Below, piece after piece: positions 10,396 through 18,798 of a stretch of DNA of 64,000 bases (within the stretch, counting starts at the first letter, position 1; the number at the start of each line of letters is the position of its first letter). The notes beneath the pieces were generated by a model. It was not told the DNA's origin. It did no database searches and worked only from the letters and a program-made list of their open reading frames with translations. The translations under genes were made by a program, and so were the position numbers. Origin of the DNA: Bdellovibrionales bacterium (lineage in GTDB: Bacteria; Bdellovibrionota; Bdellovibrionia; Bdellovibrionales; JAMPXM01); assembly GCA_043739185.1 (NCBI GenBank), contig JAYUEN010000398.1, positions 1-64,000 of the forward strand, read 5' to 3'.

Positions 10396-13133
10396 GCTTT
10401 AAATTGAAAACACTTCGAGCTCTCAGTTTCATTTCAATTTGTTTTCTCAGTTTTGTTATTTTATTTTCAGGCTGTTCATCTAAGGTCAATGCTCCACAAA
10501 CCGAGCAGGCCAATCAAGTTGAAATGAGTTATACCCAAGCATGCGCAAAGGGGAGTTGTCCTTGCAGTTCCCCCTTGGGCCCAATAGTTGATGGCGGTAC
10601 CGCGCTTGCCTACGATACTTCACAGGTGACTTGCGGCAATACCTGTCAAACTCATGCCACAACATTGAAATGTAAAAACGGAGTTTTTGATAAAGACATC
10701 AAAGCCCTTTCATTTTCCTGCCAAGTCAATGCCTGTAAGGCTTGTACTGTAGGCAACAATCAAGTGCCCCACGGCTTCACAGTACAAATGTATAATAGCA
10801 GCTCAGTCAATTGTGGCCGGAGTTGTGATGACAATAAGCGTGCCCTCGTTTGCAAAGATGGCAGCCTCTTAGGGACTCTGGCCGGCCCATCTGCAGACGG
10901 CAAAGATTCACAATTCTCGTTTTCAAGCTGCCTGCCTTCGGCATGCAGTTGTGCAATACCAGACGGCGGAACCATGACTCTCGGTGGAACCATGAAGTTT
11001 TATAAATCAGCAACCGGAACTTGTACAACGCCTTGCCAAGACCCCAGCAATACAGCAACAAAAACTTGTTTGCAAAGTGGTACGCCTGCGGCCCCAGTTT
11101 ATGCCTTCGGTGGTGACCCAGCATTTGCGAAATCAAGCTGTTTAGAAAAGCCCCAAAGCCTTTGTGGCTGCGTATTGCCTGACACCAATAAAACCATTCT
11201 GCCTCATGGACAAGCCCAAGACCTTTTTTCAAGTACAGCTCCCAAAAATTGCAGTAGCTGCGACGCCTTTAAAATGACGGTCTATTGCGATAGCGGTACT
11301 TTATACAATAAACCTTCAACGGATACGACGCGCTTAGTGGTCGTTCCCAGTGATTTAAATTCACATAGTAATTTGAGCTGTGATCCAAGTAAAACTCCCG
11401 ATTGTACAATTAATAATTTGTGTATTGCGGATAAGACCAGTCAAACTCTTTATGGCAAGGCGACACTTTCTTGTAGCGATATGCCTGCCGATTCGCAGTC
11501 TTTATTTGTCTGTAATTCGAAAAATCTTTTAAGAGATGGCGTGGCCTACAATGCCGCAAGCGATCCTTTTAAAACCACTTGGCAAACCTCTACTCCAAGT
11601 AACTCATGTGTGGGTTGCGCGATGCCTTGGGGCGGTGCTGTGAGTGCGAACTCAAAAGTTACCATGTTCAAGGGATCTGGTTCATCTTCTAATTCTTGCG
11701 GAACCGGTTGCAAAGAATATCAATTCACCTGCCAAGCGTCCGGAAGTTTTACCTCAGGCGACTCAAGCATAGATGCGGATTTTAAAGCCAATCCTAAAAC
11801 CTATACTCAGACTTGCCAAAATAGTTGTACGCAAGAAGGCGGCGGCGCGCCGCCAAGATTTTGTTTGCTCCCTTGGCAAAATAGCTATGTGTCGGCTGAT
11901 TCAGTTATTCCAATGTGGAATAAAAAAGTCGTTGATTACGGAGATAGTTGTCAAAATCACTATAAGCTTGGTCGTTGTCAGTTGAACACAGGAACTTTCG
12001 ATGCCGGCATTCAATATATTTATAAAAGTTGCACCGAACTTCCGTTCAGTGGCCTTCGTATCGATACGATTTCACCAAAATATTTGGCCGCAAGTGGTGG
12101 CTCTATAAATATCGGTGGAGTGGGATTTGCGGCAGGTATGCAACTTAAAATTGGTAGTCAATTGTGTTCGAACCTAATTGTTGCATCTTCAACTTCTGCT
12201 AGCTGCACAGCTCCTGCTGCCGCAGTTGGGGCTTATGATGTTCAAGCAATTGTTGCAAATAAAAAAGCTTCAGTCCCTAACGGATTAAATTATTACTCTG
12301 GAACTTGCAGCGCCGGCCCCGGGTCGATGCAATTTAAATTCACCGGTTCAAATCAGAGTTTCACAATTCCAGCGGGATGTACCTCAATTAGCATTCAAGC
12401 TTGGGGAGCAGGCGGCGGCGGAAGACAGTTTTATACACCTGATACCGGAGTTTTAATTGCGCAAACCGGGGGAGCTGGTGGATTTACCTCAGGAAGCATT
12501 AGTGTGACACCAGGAAGTACTTTGACCTTAGTAGTAGGCGGTGGCGGAAGTGGTGGCTATTATCAGGGTTCATCTGGTGGCGGTTATTCCGGCGTATTTT
12601 CTGGTAACACAATTACAGGCGCTTCGGCCTTGATAATTGCTGGCGGTGGTGGTGGTGCTGGCGATCCAACCGGCTGTAATAAAGGTGGAACGGCAGGAGA
12701 AGGTGGCGGGACAACCGGCGGAACTCATGGATCATGTTCGGGCTTGGGCGGAACGCAAACTGTAGGTGGTGCTGGCGGAGCTTCGGCCAGTCCCGGACTT
12801 TCATTGAAGGGTGGAAATATCGGAACGAACAACAATGGCTATGCTGGCCAGGGAACCGGATCTGGTTATCAATCTGGCGGTGGTGGTGGCGGCGGATATT
12901 TTGGGGGCGGAGCAGGTTCTGAAGTCTTAGGTCTGGCCGGAGCCGGCGGTGGCGGCAGTGGCTATTTTATTTCAACGGCCGTCAATGGCAAATCTTTGAT
13001 GGGGTCGGGGCGTCTGCCTCCTCAGGCCAATAGTCCATCGTATATTTTTGGAATTGGAATGGGCGGCAGCGATATGACCAATGGCTACGGCAGTTCGGCG
13101 GGCGGCAGTGGACTCATTCAAATTAGTTACTAG
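10392..13133 (+). CDS. Cys-rich repeat lipoprotein with IPT/TIG domain and C-terminal glycine-rich domain
   Basis: ATGA overlap with the upstream stop; lipobox LFSG-C; 7 Cys repeats; IDTISPKYLAASGGSINIGGVGF (IPT/TIG); FTGSNQSFTIPAGCTSISIQAWGAGGGG..GGGYFGGG (glycine-rich domain). Confidence 0.75.
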   Translation: MSFKLKTLRALSFISICFLSFVILFSGCSSKVNAPQTEQANQVEMSYTQACAKGSCPCSSPLGPIVDGGTALAYDTSQVTCGNTCQTHATTLKCKNGVFDKDIKALSFSCQVNACKACTVGNNQVPHGFTVQMYNSSSVNCGRSCDDNKRALVCKDGSLLGTLAGPSADGKDSQFSFSSCLPSACSCAIPDGGTMTLGGTMKFYKSATGTCTTPCQDPSNTATKTCLQSGTPAAPVYAFGGDPAFAKSSCLEKPQSLCGCVLPDTNKTILPHGQAQDLFSSTAPKNCSSCDAFKMTVYCDSGTLYNKPSTDTTRLVVVPSDLNSHSNLSCDPSKTPDCTINNLCIADKTSQTLYGKATLSCSDMPADSQSLFVCNSKNLLRDGVAYNAASDPFKTTWQTSTPSNSCVGCAMPWGGAVSANSKVTMFKGSGSSSNSCGTGCKEYQFTCQASGSFTSGDSSIDADFKANPKTYTQTCQNSCTQEGGGAPPRFCLLPWQNSYVSADSVIPMWNKKVVDYGDSCQNHYKLGRCQLNTGTFDAGIQYIYKSCTELPFSGLRIDTISPKYLAASGGSINIGGVGFAAGMQLKIGSQLCSNLIVASSTSASCTAPAAAVGAYDVQAIVANKKASVPNGLNYYSGTCSAGPGSMQFKFTGSNQSFTIPAGCTSISIQAWGAGGGGRQFYTPDTGVLIAQTGGAGGFTSGSISVTPGSTLTLVVGGGGSGGYYQGSSGGGYSGVFSGNTITGASALIIAGGGGGAGDPTGCNKGGTAGEGGGTTGGTHGSCSGLGGTQTVGGAGGASASPGLSLKGGNIGTNNNGYAGQGTGSGYQSGGGGGGGYFGGGAGSEVLGLAGAGGGGSGYFISTAVNGKSLMGSGRLPPQANSPSYIFGIGMGGSDMTNGYGSSAGGSGLIQISY

Positions 13134-13150
13134 TTAGTTGCTCGCTGACT

Positions 13151-13177
13151 TTAGTAAAAGCTCAATGATTCCGATAA
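13151..13177 (+). promoter_or_regulatory. Candidate sigma28 (FliA) promoter of the motA-like gene
   Basis: TTAG-N15-TCCGATAA versus consensus TAAA-N15-GCCGATAA. Confidence 0.5.
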
Positions 13178-13183
13178 AAAATC

Positions 13184-14173
13184 ATGAATATTTCTACTCT
13201 TGTTGGAATTTGCGTTGCCATTGCTGTGATTTGGAATGGCGTTGTCAAACACGCAACTAATACTTCCATTTTTTTAGACTCCCACGCAATCACTCTGGTG
13301 GTGGGTGGTACAATTGCTGCTGCTTTGATTGCTTTTCCGCTGAGAGATATTTTTCATTTATTTAAATTTGTTGTGCTGGGTGTGCTTTATCCTAAATCAC
13401 GAAATAAAGTAAAAATTGCCAAAGACATCTTATCTTTCACTCTCAAGACGAGAGCAAATGGCGATAAACCTGTTGATAATGTTTGCCATCCATTTCTGAC
13501 TGAAGGATTTTTGTTGATTCAAAAAAAGACTTTGAGTCACGAAGAATTTCGCACTGTTTTGGGAGAGAGAAATCTTCACTTTAAAGAAAGTTACGGCGCT
13601 GATGCCAAAATGCTAAATGCATTGGCTAAATTTCCGCCTGCCTTTGGTCTGTTGGGTGCGACTACCGGAATGATCGCGATGATGTCCAATCTCGGCGCCG
13701 GCGGCAAAGATTCAATTGGTCCTGCTATGGCGATTGCGTTGGTCGCAACCTTTTGGGGAATCGCAGTTGCAAATTTGATTTTACTTCCTTTGGCCGATCA
13801 CGCTTCAAAATTAGCCAAGGACGATTCGAAAGTGCGGGAAATGATGATGGCGGGAATGGTGCTCCTTCACGAAGGGGCAACGCCTAGTTTTATTTATGAA
13901 GTGATGCGAAGTTATTTGAGCATTCCGGATCGTAATCATTCTGAATTACGTCAAATAAAATCTGAGTTAGAAACAGTGTTTGCACGAGATGAAAAGGCAA
14001 AGCAAGATCGTCTAGCTCAAGAAAACCCATATCAAAATATCGCCAATGTCGAGCAGCTCATTCAAAATGTAGAGGCGACCCAAGGCGCAGACGCGCCGGC
14101 CGAGTCTGATTCCCAAGAAAAATCTGAGGAGCTCGCTCTAGATAATGTGGTTCATCTGAGATCGGCAAAATGA
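13184..14173 (+). CDS. motA: MotA/TolQ/ExbB-family ion channel subunit, MotA-like
   Basis: IFLDSHAITLVVGGT and FPPAFGLLGATTGMIAMMSNL..IGPAMAIALVATFWGIAVANLILLPLA match MotA transmembrane motifs. Confidence 0.85.
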   Translation: MNISTLVGICVAIAVIWNGVVKHATNTSIFLDSHAITLVVGGTIAAALIAFPLRDIFHLFKFVVLGVLYPKSRNKVKIAKDILSFTLKTRANGDKPVDNVCHPFLTEGFLLIQKKTLSHEEFRTVLGERNLHFKESYGADAKMLNALAKFPPAFGLLGATTGMIAMMSNLGAGGKDSIGPAMAIALVATFWGIAVANLILLPLADHASKLAKDDSKVREMMMAGMVLLHEGATPSFIYEVMRSYLSIPDRNHSELRQIKSELETVFARDEKAKQDRLAQENPYQNIANVEQLIQNVEATQGADAPAESDSQEKSEELALDNVVHLRSAK

Positions 14174-15375
14174 AAGCACTTGATCCCAAAGAGAGCGATC
14201 CCAAACCTCCGAGATTCAATCCTATTTTGAAGCATGATGATGATGATCATGTCGATCATATTGATGAAAGATGGCTGGTATCTTATGCCGACATGATGAC
14301 CTTGTTGTTTGGGCTTTTCGTCATGCTGTACTCAATGTCGACCAATTTCGAAGAAGTGCAAAGTGCGATGACCAAACAATTTGCGCAGACAGACCCCGTT
14401 CCTGAACCCGCAAAGATCATTGACCCCAAGGAATTCGAAGAATTAAAAAGTAAGTTAGAATTGCTCACTCAGCAAATGGATCATTCGATCAAAGAAAATG
14501 ATACATTAAAGACTGAGCTCATTGATCTTAGTAAGGTCAAAAGAGAAAATGAGAAATTAAAACAAGATCTTGCCCAAATTGAAAAGATGAAAAGTGAACT
14601 TGCAAACTCAAAAGATAATTCGGCTACGGCGAGCGCACAAATTTTGGAGTTAAAGCTTGCGAAAGAAAAACTTGAAGAGGCATTAAAAGAAAAGCAAAAG
14701 CCTGATCCAAAAGAAAAAGACCTTGAGAAAGTGATTGCCGAAAATCAAAATATGAAAAATAAATTGCTAGCTGTCACGGCTATGCAAAAAGAAGTTGCAA
14801 AATTGACCGCCCTTAATAAAACTCTGACTCAACAACTCAAAGATGCGAGTCGTGAGCCCGCCAATGTGCCTGACAAAATACCTGAACCAAGCGAAGATCT
14901 TCAAAAACAGGTCGATGAACTCAAGACGGCAAAAGAAGTATTAGAAAAACAATTGAAAGACAATCAAGAGGCGATGGCTTCAATGGCGCCACCAACCCCA
15001 TTTGCAGCAGTGGTGATTACATGGCCAACCGCCGATCATGATATTGATTTGATTTTAACCGACCCCGAGGGAAAGACCTTTAACTTTAAAGAACGTAGCT
15101 TTTCAGGGCATCCGGGTCAGTTTGTCTTGGATTCTCGTCGCGGCCCTGGGGCTGAAATGTGGCAGACCGATCGCACTTTAGCTGGGACCTATACCATTAA
15201 GTATGTCTTTTACAATACCTACGGAAATGCTGAGCCAGCAACTGTTTTGGGAACAATATATTCAGCTCGAGGAATGTATGAGCTTCCGAAAGTGAAGCTC
15301 AATTTTGATTCAAAACGCGAACAAATTTTTCGCTTTAGCATCTCTAAAAAGGGCGAAATCACTTTACTGAAGTAG
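14170..15375 (+). CDS. MotB-like subunit: MotB TM helix, long coiled coil, C-terminal YfaP/DUF2135-like domain; no OmpA domain
   Basis: ERWLVSYADMMTLLFGLFVMLYSMS retains the conserved Asp; ~180-aa E/K/L/Q-rich heptad region; ITWPTADHDIDLILTDPEG..LDSRRGPGAE..GTYTIKYVFY. Confidence 0.75.
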   Translation: MKALDPKESDPKPPRFNPILKHDDDDHVDHIDERWLVSYADMMTLLFGLFVMLYSMSTNFEEVQSAMTKQFAQTDPVPEPAKIIDPKEFEELKSKLELLTQQMDHSIKENDTLKTELIDLSKVKRENEKLKQDLAQIEKMKSELANSKDNSATASAQILELKLAKEKLEEALKEKQKPDPKEKDLEKVIAENQNMKNKLLAVTAMQKEVAKLTALNKTLTQQLKDASREPANVPDKIPEPSEDLQKQVDELKTAKEVLEKQLKDNQEAMASMAPPTPFAAVVITWPTADHDIDLILTDPEGKTFNFKERSFSGHPGQFVLDSRRGPGAEMWQTDRTLAGTYTIKYVFYNTYGNAEPATVLGTIYSARGMYELPKVKLNFDSKREQIFRFSISKKGEITLLK

Positions 15376-16300
15376 AGCGATTCATGGTTTGCAGACCCAT
15401 CATTTCTTGCATGGTTCTGCGCATTGAATCGGTTGAGCCGTCTAAGAAAAACATATTTCCTTTGCCATTTTCAGCAAAATGTTTGAGCGCATCTAGCCAC
15501 ATTGAAAAAAGCACAGTTGAGATATCTAAACCTGAATCCTTCATTTGTTCTGCTGCAATCGTCATTCCTCTGGCGACCTCTTCGCGAAACAGTGCCACCC
15601 CTTGACCTCGGAGTTGTGCTGCTTGTCTCTCTGCTTCTGCCGATATTTTTATCGCATTCCCTTCGGCTTCTGCTTGTTTGGTTTTTGTAATCAAAAGTGC
15701 CTGTCCTTGATTTTCGGCCGCTGCTTTCAGATTGTTTGAGGCAACAACTTGGGCCATCGATTTCATAATATCGTCGTCAAAAGTGATATCGTTCATTTGT
15801 AAATCAATGAGGTGATATCCCCAACTTTCTAAGCTTGCATCGAGCTGTTCTTTGACCGACTCGACGATGTCTTTTCTTAGTAGCAAAATTTCGCTTTGCT
15901 TTTTGGTGGCCACAAAGCTTCGTACACAACCCTCAACTGTTCGAGTTAGGGCCTGCATGAAATTCTTAAAATCAATGAATTTAAAGGCGACATTTTTTAT
16001 GCTTTCTTCATTTTGATTTAATACCGCATAAAGTAGCATGGCTTTAAAATTAACATTGGCTTGATCGGCCGTGATTGCTTGGAACTGCAGTTCGATAGAC
16101 TGATTCTGAATCGAAACTCTTCGATAAACCATTTCGACAATTGGCAATTTAAAATTCAATCCCGGAAGCAAAATACGTTTGTATTTACCGAACATTGTGA
16201 CCACGCCCACGGTACCTTGGGCAACGCTGATAAAGCTATTTGCTAGAATGATCAGAGCGATAATGATGAGTGCGATTGCAAAAACTGATAGGCCTTCCAT
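15359..16300 (-). CDS. SPFH/band 7 domain protein
   Basis: N-terminal TM; VVTMFGKYKRILLPGLNFKLP; AEAEG repeats. Start chosen from a GGAG Shine-Dalgarno. Confidence 0.9.
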   Translation of the reverse strand: MEGLSVFAIALIIIALIILANSFISVAQGTVGVVTMFGKYKRILLPGLNFKLPIVEMVYRRVSIQNQSIELQFQAITADQANVNFKAMLLYAVLNQNEESIKNVAFKFIDFKNFMQALTRTVEGCVRSFVATKKQSEILLLRKDIVESVKEQLDASLESWGYHLIDLQMNDITFDDDIMKSMAQVVASNNLKAAAENQGQALLITKTKQAEAEGNAIKISAEAERQAAQLRGQGVALFREEVARGMTIAAEQMKDSGLDISTVLFSMWLDALKHFAENGKGNMFFLDGSTDSMRRTMQEMMGLQTMNRSTSVK

Positions 16301-16491
16301 TTGTGACTCCATTTAAAATGAGATTGAGCTCACCATCTTGCTGCCGGTCCGCTCATGGGGTCAATAGATTTGCAAGAGATCTCACAGATGAAATAAAAGC
16401 TTGGACTCTAAAAAAATTTCAGAGAGCTATCTACCAATGTGGATCAAATCGAACAGAGGCTTCATTGAGTCCCTTTTTGCTAGGATCTTCA

Positions 16492-16507
16492 CGGCATAGG
16501 CTTTGCT
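16492..16507 (+). promoter_or_regulatory. Candidate sigma54 promoter
   Basis: CGGCATAGGCTTTGCT = GG-N10-GC in -24/-12 context, ~63 nt upstream of the 16571 start. Confidence 0.6.
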
Positions 16508-16570
16508 ATATAATTAACAAGTGACGGCGGGTGTCAGTGGCTTTTGTAGAAAGTACTTAGGGGTCTCAGA

Positions 16571-17284
16571 ATGAATTCACCAAATGTTGCTCTGGTTTTT
16601 GCGGGTCAAAACGCTCTCGATCAATATGATATCCGCTTAGGTGTTCAGCGCATTCCTGAGGTGACCCAAAAATTGCGAGATGCTCAAGTCGAGATTTTGA
16701 AATATGCTTCTTTAGAGATCGACTTGCGCGCGGCTTTGAGTGCAGAAGATAAAATCTATAATTCAAACGCCAAATTGCGATCGCTTTTGACTGCGATTGT
16801 GCAAATTGGCCTTTTTGATCGCTGGATGAAGTTTCATGCAAAGCCCAATTACCTTATCGGTCACTCTAATTTAGATTCGCCTTTGCAATTTGCAGCCGGG
16901 CGAAAAAGTTTGACTGATATAGTGCGTGAATCATCTTTTTTAAATCATAGGTCGCTGAAAGCTCTTTCAAATCAAAATACTTCGACCCCCATTCTTGGCG
17001 GCGTCGAATTAGTTGAGTATGAAGTTTCAATTTTAAATCATTCAACGCAGCAATACATTTGCATACGCTCTCGTGAAATGGATGTTCTGCGTCTGTTCTC
17101 TTATATTGCTGATCAGTTGCCCATTGATCAAATCACAAATGTTGGGCCAGCTTGCCCACTTTTCTCAAATTACAATAAGATTCTGAGAGAAAAGAAAATT
17201 AGCATTTTGGATTCAATTGACGGTGACCCTATGCTTGCATGGTTTTGGAACTCGATCAAACCGCTTGATGCGATTTCTCAATAA
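16571..17284 (+). CDS. Short FabD/acyltransferase-like protein
   Basis: VALVFAGQ, LIGHS and NVGP resemble the malonyl-CoA:ACP transacylase motifs FPGQ, GHSxG and EVGP; the protein is shorter than FabD. Confidence 0.55.
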   Translation: MNSPNVALVFAGQNALDQYDIRLGVQRIPEVTQKLRDAQVEILKYASLEIDLRAALSAEDKIYNSNAKLRSLLTAIVQIGLFDRWMKFHAKPNYLIGHSNLDSPLQFAAGRKSLTDIVRESSFLNHRSLKALSNQNTSTPILGGVELVEYEVSILNHSTQQYICIRSREMDVLRLFSYIADQLPIDQITNVGPACPLFSNYNKILREKKISILDSIDGDPMLAWFWNSIKPLDAISQ

Positions 17285-17288
17285 GACA

Positions 17289-17891
17289 TTAGTTCTTTCG
17301 CGCAGACCATATGACATCTTCAACCCCGGCTAGGTGATTGAGATATCTTGCGACAACAAATAGCAAATCGCTCAGGCGATTTAAAAAAATTATAATTTCG
17401 GGATTCACATAAGTTTTTTTATTTAAAGCCACAACCACTCTTTCGCTTCTGCGAGCAACGGTTCGTGCCATATGTGCAAAAGAGGCCGCTAGACAGCCGC
17501 CGGGTAAAATGAAATTTTTAAGACTGGCAAGATCATTTTCAACTGAATCCATCCAGGCTTCCATTGATGAAATTTGAGCGCTGTCTAATTTGGGCATTTT
17601 AAGTGCCATTTTTTCATTTTCACAGGCGAGATGGCTCCCGATATCAAAGAGTGAACTTTGAATCGCAATTAAAAGTTCAGTGCATGAATTTAATTTTGGC
17701 ATTTTTTTGAGTTTTGCGTCTGAAGATGCTTGAATTTGGGATACAAGAATTCCTAAAACCGCATTTAATTCGTCTACTGTTCCATAAGAATTCAGACGCA
17801 ATTCAGCTTTGCTAACGCGCTTGCCCCCAATTAAGGAAGTTTGGCCCAGGTCCCCTGTTTTAGTATAGATTTTTTGAGATTCGTGAGTCAT
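17289..17891 (-). CDS. PduO-type cob(I)alamin adenosyltransferase
   Basis: KIYTKTGDLGQT, YGTVDELNA, FILPGG, ARTVARRSER, LNRLSDLLF. Confidence 0.93.
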   Translation of the reverse strand: MTHESQKIYTKTGDLGQTSLIGGKRVSKAELRLNSYGTVDELNAVLGILVSQIQASSDAKLKKMPKLNSCTELLIAIQSSLFDIGSHLACENEKMALKMPKLDSAQISSMEAWMDSVENDLASLKNFILPGGCLAASFAHMARTVARRSERVVVALNKKTYVNPEIIIFLNRLSDLLFVVARYLNHLAGVEDVIWSARKN

Positions 17892-17978
17892 ATAATAGGT
17901 ATAGCCCAATCTCATTTTGAGTCAACAGCTGAGCAGGAAACAAGATTTAAAACTGCCAGCATTTGAAGGAGAAATGCT

Positions 17979-18779
17979 GTGAAAGCATTTTTTGTTTCGA
18001 TTCCACATTCAGGTGAACTAATCCCAAATGAAGCCAATTGGCTCTTGAAGCATCCAGAGATTTTGAAAATGTATGATGTCGACCGCTTTGTCGACAAATT
18101 GTACACTCCTGCAATTCAAAAACTCAAACTAAAGTCGGTAATTGCCGATATACATAGATATGTAATTGATCTCAATCGCTTGAGTGAAGACGTTGACGCT
18201 GGCTCAGTCGTCGGGAGTAAAAATCCTGCCGGAGCTTATTCGCGGGGACTGCACTGGGTTATTACAACCGCGGGCGAAAAACTTATGAATCAACCCATTT
18301 CTCAGAGTTTACATGAGCAATTGGTCGATAAATATTTTAAGCCTTTTCATCTCGACATTCAAAATACATATGAGTTTTTTAGAAATTTGGGAGCATCGAC
18401 TATTTATCATTTAGATTTGCACAGTATGCCCTCGATGGGAACTTCAGAGCATCGAGACCCAGGTGAACGCCGGGCCGATATAGTAGTGAGCGATTGTGAG
18501 GCAAAGAGTTGTTCTTCTTTTTTGAAAGATTTGGTTGTTAAATCTTACCAAAAGGTCGGATTTAAAGTGGCCTACAACTGGCCCTACAAAGGCGGTCGAT
18601 TGACCGAGGCTTACGGAAGGCCTGAGCTTGGACAAGAGGTCGTGCAAGTCGAATTGAATCGTGCGCTTTATATGGATGAGGCAACTAAACAATTGAACCA
18701 AGAGAATTTGCCGAGCATGCAAGAGCGACTGAAAGAGGCCTTATCTCTAATTGAAATTGGGCTTCCGACTTTGAAGTGA
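17979..18779 (+). CDS. N-formylglutamate amidohydrolase family
   Basis: SIPHSG, RYVIDLNR, DLHSMPS, NWPYKGG, QVELNRALYMDE. Confidence 0.9.
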   Translation: MKAFFVSIPHSGELIPNEANWLLKHPEILKMYDVDRFVDKLYTPAIQKLKLKSVIADIHRYVIDLNRLSEDVDAGSVVGSKNPAGAYSRGLHWVITTAGEKLMNQPISQSLHEQLVDKYFKPFHLDIQNTYEFFRNLGASTIYHLDLHSMPSMGTSEHRDPGERRADIVVSDCEAKSCSSFLKDLVVKSYQKVGFKVAYNWPYKGGRLTEAYGRPELGQEVVQVELNRALYMDEATKQLNQENLPSMQERLKEALSLIEIGLPTLK

Positions 18780-18798
18780 AAAGAGGATCATAGAGCAA

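Noticed and set aside
12400..13133. High-GC segment as horizontally acquired DNA
   Set aside because: Explained by glycine codons (GGN) of the glycine-rich domain.
13184..15375. Zorya anti-phage system (ZorA/ZorB)
   Set aside because: The A subunit lacks the long cytoplasmic ZorA tail, the B subunit lacks the OmpA domain, and no zorC/D/E-like nuclease or helicase is adjacent.
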